From a virus (lineage: Duplodnaviria > Caudoviricetes), in IMG/VR virus record IMGVR_UViG_3300021400_000252: DNA of 64,000 nucleotides; one strand, 5' to 3'. Shown here one piece after another: positions 60,014-64,000 of the stretch. The notes under the pieces were generated by a model, which was not told where the DNA came from, did not search any database, and saw only the letters and a list, made by a program, of their open reading frames with translations. Each line of letters starts with the position of its first letter. Within the stretch, counting starts at the first letter, position 1. The translations under genes were made by a program, and so were the position numbers.

Positions 60014-60442
60014 ATGGCAAAAATATTTGATTCATACAATAATGGTGATATTAGCCACGAATTTCCAAAAAAATGTCCTAAAAAAATAAAAAGACCTGAA
60101 TATTTAACTTCAGCTAAATTAGTATATAATCTTTCAAATGAATTTATTGGAGTAGAGGCAAAAGAAGATACCGTATTTTCATTATTTTTCACTCTAGTAA
60201 ATGCCGATGAAGATTTATTAACTAATGGTTATTTTTATTTAGAAATCTATGATAGATATCATAAATTATTAAAAGATATAGATTTAGACGTTTGTCTTAC
60301 AAATAGAACTGTTAGTACTCAAATTTATGCAGATGAAGCCGAATTACCATATGGAAATTATTATATAAATTTAAAAGTAGACTATAATGATGTTTGCTAT
60401 GTATTAATTTCAGAAAATGATATGATTTTAAGTATAAAGTAG
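60014..60442 (+). CDS. late structural protein (Ig/BppU-like)
   Basis: TGCTAAATT at 59974; LPYGNYYINL. Confidence 0.65.
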   Translation: MAKIFDSYNNGDISHEFPKKCPKKIKRPEYLTSAKLVYNLSNEFIGVEAKEDTVFSLFFTLVNADEDLLTNGYFYLEIYDRYHKLLKDIDLDVCLTNRTVSTQIYADEAELPYGNYYINLKVDYNDVCYVLISENDMILSIK

Positions 60443-60451
60443 GAGACGTAT

Positions 60452-60931
60452 ATGGATGAATTAAAAATAAAAACTATTGTTGGTGTCTGCCCACCAGATG
60501 CACCAATTATTCCAAGTGATGAATATGTTAGATATATTTCTCGTGGAGCCACAGTTGTCTTTGAATTCGATTTAGATCAAAAAGCTTATACTTTTAATGA
60601 TATTGAACAACTTTCATTTTTATTTAAACAGTATAATAAATTATTAAAATATGATTTATATACTGAAGGAAAAGTTTTAAATCCATTATTTTGTTTTGAC
60701 TATGATGATTATAATGAAGTAATAATCATTAAATTAAGATTACCAGCTGAAGAAACAGTTAAATTTAAGAAAACAACTAAAGAAAATTTAATTCCGTGCG
60801 AAGTAATGATTCACTTAAATTCAAATGAAGATTATAATCAAGATGAAACAACAATTTTAGAGAATTTACCTCCTCTAAATGTAACCGATACTCTTTATGG
60901 AAAGTTCTTAGAACGAAAAGAGGAGAACTAA
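60452..60931 (+). CDS. BppU-like baseplate protein
   Basis: RGAT...L..EET..F pattern. Confidence 0.65.
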   Translation: MDELKIKTIVGVCPPDAPIIPSDEYVRYISRGATVVFEFDLDQKAYTFNDIEQLSFLFKQYNKLLKYDLYTEGKVLNPLFCFDYDDYNEVIIIKLRLPAEETVKFKKTTKENLIPCEVMIHLNSNEDYNQDETTILENLPPLNVTDTLYGKFLERKEEN

Positions 60932-61291
60932 ATGGAAAATGCAAAACCAATAACAATTATACGTGGTGATTCATTATCATTTTTATATACTATTTATGAT
61001 CAACAATGTAGTATTTGTGCTGAACCATATACACTAACAGATGATGACATTTTATATTTCGGAGTAATGTTACCACATGGAAGATTTGAAGACGCTTTAA
61101 TTAAAAAGAGCTTTACAAAAGAAGATTTAGTTAATGATAAATATATTAGAATTAAATTAACTAGTGATGAAACTGCTCAAATTGTTCCTGGAGTATATTA
61201 TTATGAAGTTAAATTAGCAAAAAATCTAGGAATGGAAAATGAAGAAGTAATTACAACAACTAGAAAAACTAAGTTTATAATTTTAAATTAA
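60932..61291 (+). CDS. BppU-like baseplate protein
   Basis: IIRGDS...LTSDET...PGVYYYEV. Confidence 0.75.
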   Translation: MENAKPITIIRGDSLSFLYTIYDQQCSICAEPYTLTDDDILYFGVMLPHGRFEDALIKKSFTKEDLVNDKYIRIKLTSDETAQIVPGVYYYEVKLAKNLGMENEEVITTTRKTKFIILN

Positions 61292-61386
61292 AAAGTGACA
61301 TTTTTGTCACTTTATTTTTTTAGATAAACTATCCATTTGCTAAATTAGATGATTTATTGAAATACTTATAATGGAGGTTTTTTACA

Positions 61387-63720
61387 ATGGCTCAAACTAA
61401 AAATAAAACCAATTATGTTAGAAATCTTAAAGGTTTAAGTACTGATACTAAACCTATTTATGATATACGTGGAAATGGTTCGACTTTTACAGAAATTGAT
61501 ACAGGAAATATTTATATATATAATGCTAATACTAAAACTTGGGTTCTAGATAAAGAAAATCCAAAATTACCTGAAGAACAAACATATAAAGGTATTAAGG
61601 AAATTGTAAAAGATCCAAATTATCCAACCGAAGACCATCCATTAACAGATAGATATATTATCAAATATACTAACGGTACTGAATATGACTTTTTCGTTAA
61701 TAACGGTGAAAAAGGTGATATTGGTGAACCTGGTAAAGATATGGATAAAGTTGTATTGCGATACAGCGAAAACGGTAAGGCTGACGGTCCATGAGCTGAT
61801 CAAAAGGTAGTTCAATGGAAACATAATTCATTACCAGATACTGACGAAAATTGGAATGATTTATTCCCAATTGCAACAATCTCTCAAGGATATAGTCCAC
61901 AAATCAATCCAACAACAGGACGTTGGATGATTCAAGAAGGTGGTCAAATAGTTGATTCAGATGTTTCAGCTTATCCACATGATTTAGAAATTAGAAAATC
62001 TGAAAATGAATTACAATATAGAGTAGTCGATCATGATGGAATCGCTATTACAGATTGGGTAACTTTTGCAAATACTCAAGATATTAAAGGTGATAGAGGT
62101 GTCGGTATTGTATCTGTAGAAAAAACAGCAACTGACGGATTAGTTGATACTTATACTATTACTTATTCTGATGAACATACTTCAACATTTAGTATAGTAA
62201 ATGGTGCACAAGGTGAACAAGGTCCTCAAGGTCAAAAAGGTGAAGCAGGTAATGGTATTTATGCTATAGATGTAGATTCTTATGATGAAGAAACAAGAAC
62301 TACAACATATAGAATAGTTTATACAAATCAAGATTATACAACATTTACTATTAAAGATGGTGAACCTGGTCCTAAAGGTGATAAAGGAGAAATTGGTCCT
62401 AAAACCATTTTCAGAGTTGAAGGCAATTATTTACAATACAAAGCTGAAAACGCATCTACGTGGGTTAATTTGATATCTATAGATCAAATTAAAGGTCCTA
62501 AAGGCGAAACAGGGGCGGATGGTAAAGACGGTATAAATGGTATTTCTGGTGTTGGAATCGTCAACATCGAAAAAATTAAGACTGTAGGTAAAATAGATAC
62601 TTATCAAATAAATTATACTGATGGTAGCTCAAATACATTTGATGTAGCTAATGGTGCAGATGGAACTAGTTTAGTTGGTATTAGCTGGTCTGAAGATAAA
62701 AAAACATTAATATTTGAATTATCAAATGAAGAAGAAATTAGAGTCGATTTTACAGATATTTCTAAAAATTTAATTAATGTAGATGATGGAGAAATTGGAC
62801 AAGTCTTAACTATTGTTGATGATGGTGATGGAAATAAAGTTATTGGATTCACAAATAAAACCGCTTATACTGGTACAAATGGAGTTACAGTAAATAATCA
62901 AGAGGTTAGTGCCGACTTAGACTATCTAAATGAACATCTTAAATATAATGGACAAGGTCCTATTAGAACTACTGTTGGTGGATTAACTTATGGTACTGAT
63001 ATTAATAATTGGACATTTAAAAAGTTATTAGATAAGATGTTATATCCTTATCAACCACCTCAAGCATTTAGCATTAAACTTCAACAAAACGTTTATGAGA
63101 TTGGTGAAACTCCTTCTCAAACACTTTCATCAATCCAATTTTCAAAAAGAGATGGAACTGATCCAATTAATAAATTGAAAGTTAAATATCGTAAAACACT
63201 TAATGACGCTTACACATATATTTATGGTGCTAAAAATGATGAAGATGAATATATTGATGATTTTGGTCCATACGCTAATTCTATAACAATTGAACCAATA
63301 ACATTTGAACAAAGACGTGTACCTGGAAATTATGATTGGTTCTATTCAACAGTATCTGATGGAACAAATCAGCTTTCTGCTAGTGTAAATGTTAATGCAT
63401 TTACTGTTTATGACTATTATAAAATAGTTGATACTGGTGAAGAATTCACTCCAACTAGTTTAATAAGAATTAGTACTGATGGTGAGACATCTATTAATAT
63501 TGAAGACGGAAAAACAATTTATTATTTATCAAAAACAAATGGTACTTTAAAAACATATGATGAATTTGCTGGTCAATTCTTAGAATTAGAAGATGATGGA
63601 CAATTTTATCACAAAGTTGGTACTAGTGAAATTACCCTTCAAAGTGGATTAACTAACCAAACTTATTATGTACATAAATTCACTCCATTAGTTGGAGATT
63701 CATTTAAATTTAAGATTTAA
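61387..63720 (+). CDS. collagen-repeat tail fibre protein (777 aa, TGA at 61792 read through)
   Basis: TGCTAAATT 61338, GGAGG RBS; Gly-X-Y runs alternating with GI..I...DTY.I.Y repeats; the two track ORFs share one frame. Confidence 0.85.
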
Positions 63721-63745
63721 GATTAATGTAAAGGAGTAAAGCAAT

Positions 63746-64000
63746 ATGGCTATTAAAATAACTCAAAATCTTACAAATAACTCTACAGGTTATGTAGCTG
63801 ACGCAAGAGAAATAAAAGGAACATATGTCGTAGTTGAAAAAAAGACCAACTTAAAGACTCTTTCAAGTAAGGTTTTAGTTGACGGCGTTCTTGCTTATGT
63901 TAGTGAAGAAAAGAAAACTTATAGATATAGCTATAGTAAACAAGATTGGTTTGAAGAACACAATACAGGTGTTAAATCTCTTGAGATTATAACTGAAAAT
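63746..64000 (+). CDS. 5' part of a probable tail/fibre protein (partial)
   Basis: AAGGAG RBS; MAIKITQNL...; open to the window end. Confidence 0.7.
   Translation, partial: MAIKITQNLTNNSTGYVADAREIKGTYVVVEKKTNLKTLSSKVLVDGVLAYVSEEKKTYRYSYSKQDWFEEHNTGVKSLEIITEN

Noticed and set aside
3208-62852. Short minus-strand ORFs in the track (e.g. 3208, 3519, 10341, 16832, 17447, 19972, 23235, 25741, 32405, 40341, 43128, 43507, 49284, 59998, 61642, 61697, 62613)
   Set aside because: They are antisense shadows of well-supported + strand genes, with no evident RBS or recognisable motifs.
1-64000. Bacterial chromosome or integrated prophage
   Set aside because: There are no housekeeping operons, integrase or att-like junction. 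Gene content, single-strand organisation and staged promoters fit a large lytic phage.

Overview
This 64 kb window is part of a large, AT-rich, densely coded lytic tailed-phage genome, almost entirely on the + strand. GGAGG ribosome-binding sites, sigmaA-type promoters and anaerobic nrdDG point to an anaerobic Bacillota host (inference). Layout: (i) 1-24 kb, small and often acidic hypothetical early genes behind 16 near-identical TTTACA-N17-TATAAT promoters, with a ~1.2 kb ORF-free cassette of structured RNA domains at 10.95-12.15 kb; (ii) 25-44 kb, metabolic and counter-defence genes: nrdD/nrdG/GrcA-like, RNA ligase plus PNK-HD, a solo YafQ-like toxin, a degenerate GlmS, PhoH, four paralogues sharing an N-terminal 'RxxxFETNSSSxH' motif next to a radical SAM enzyme, and macro-like, NADAR, SLOG and Ntn-protease genes; (iii) 44-64 kb, fibre, baseplate and holin genes interleaved with a ~12 kb glycan-modification cluster. 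The genome reads TGA as a sense codon, most likely Trp. There are 15 in-frame TGAs in 11 genes, including one inside the PhoH Walker A motif, so several ORFs in the supplied track are fragments. These TGAs fall mainly in genes behind a candidate late motif (TGCTAAATT) and in the glycan cluster. The best candidates for undescribed systems are the FETNSSS-protein/radical SAM module, the multi-domain ncRNA cassette, and stage-biased TGA recoding. All family assignments are by motif recognition; no searches were run.
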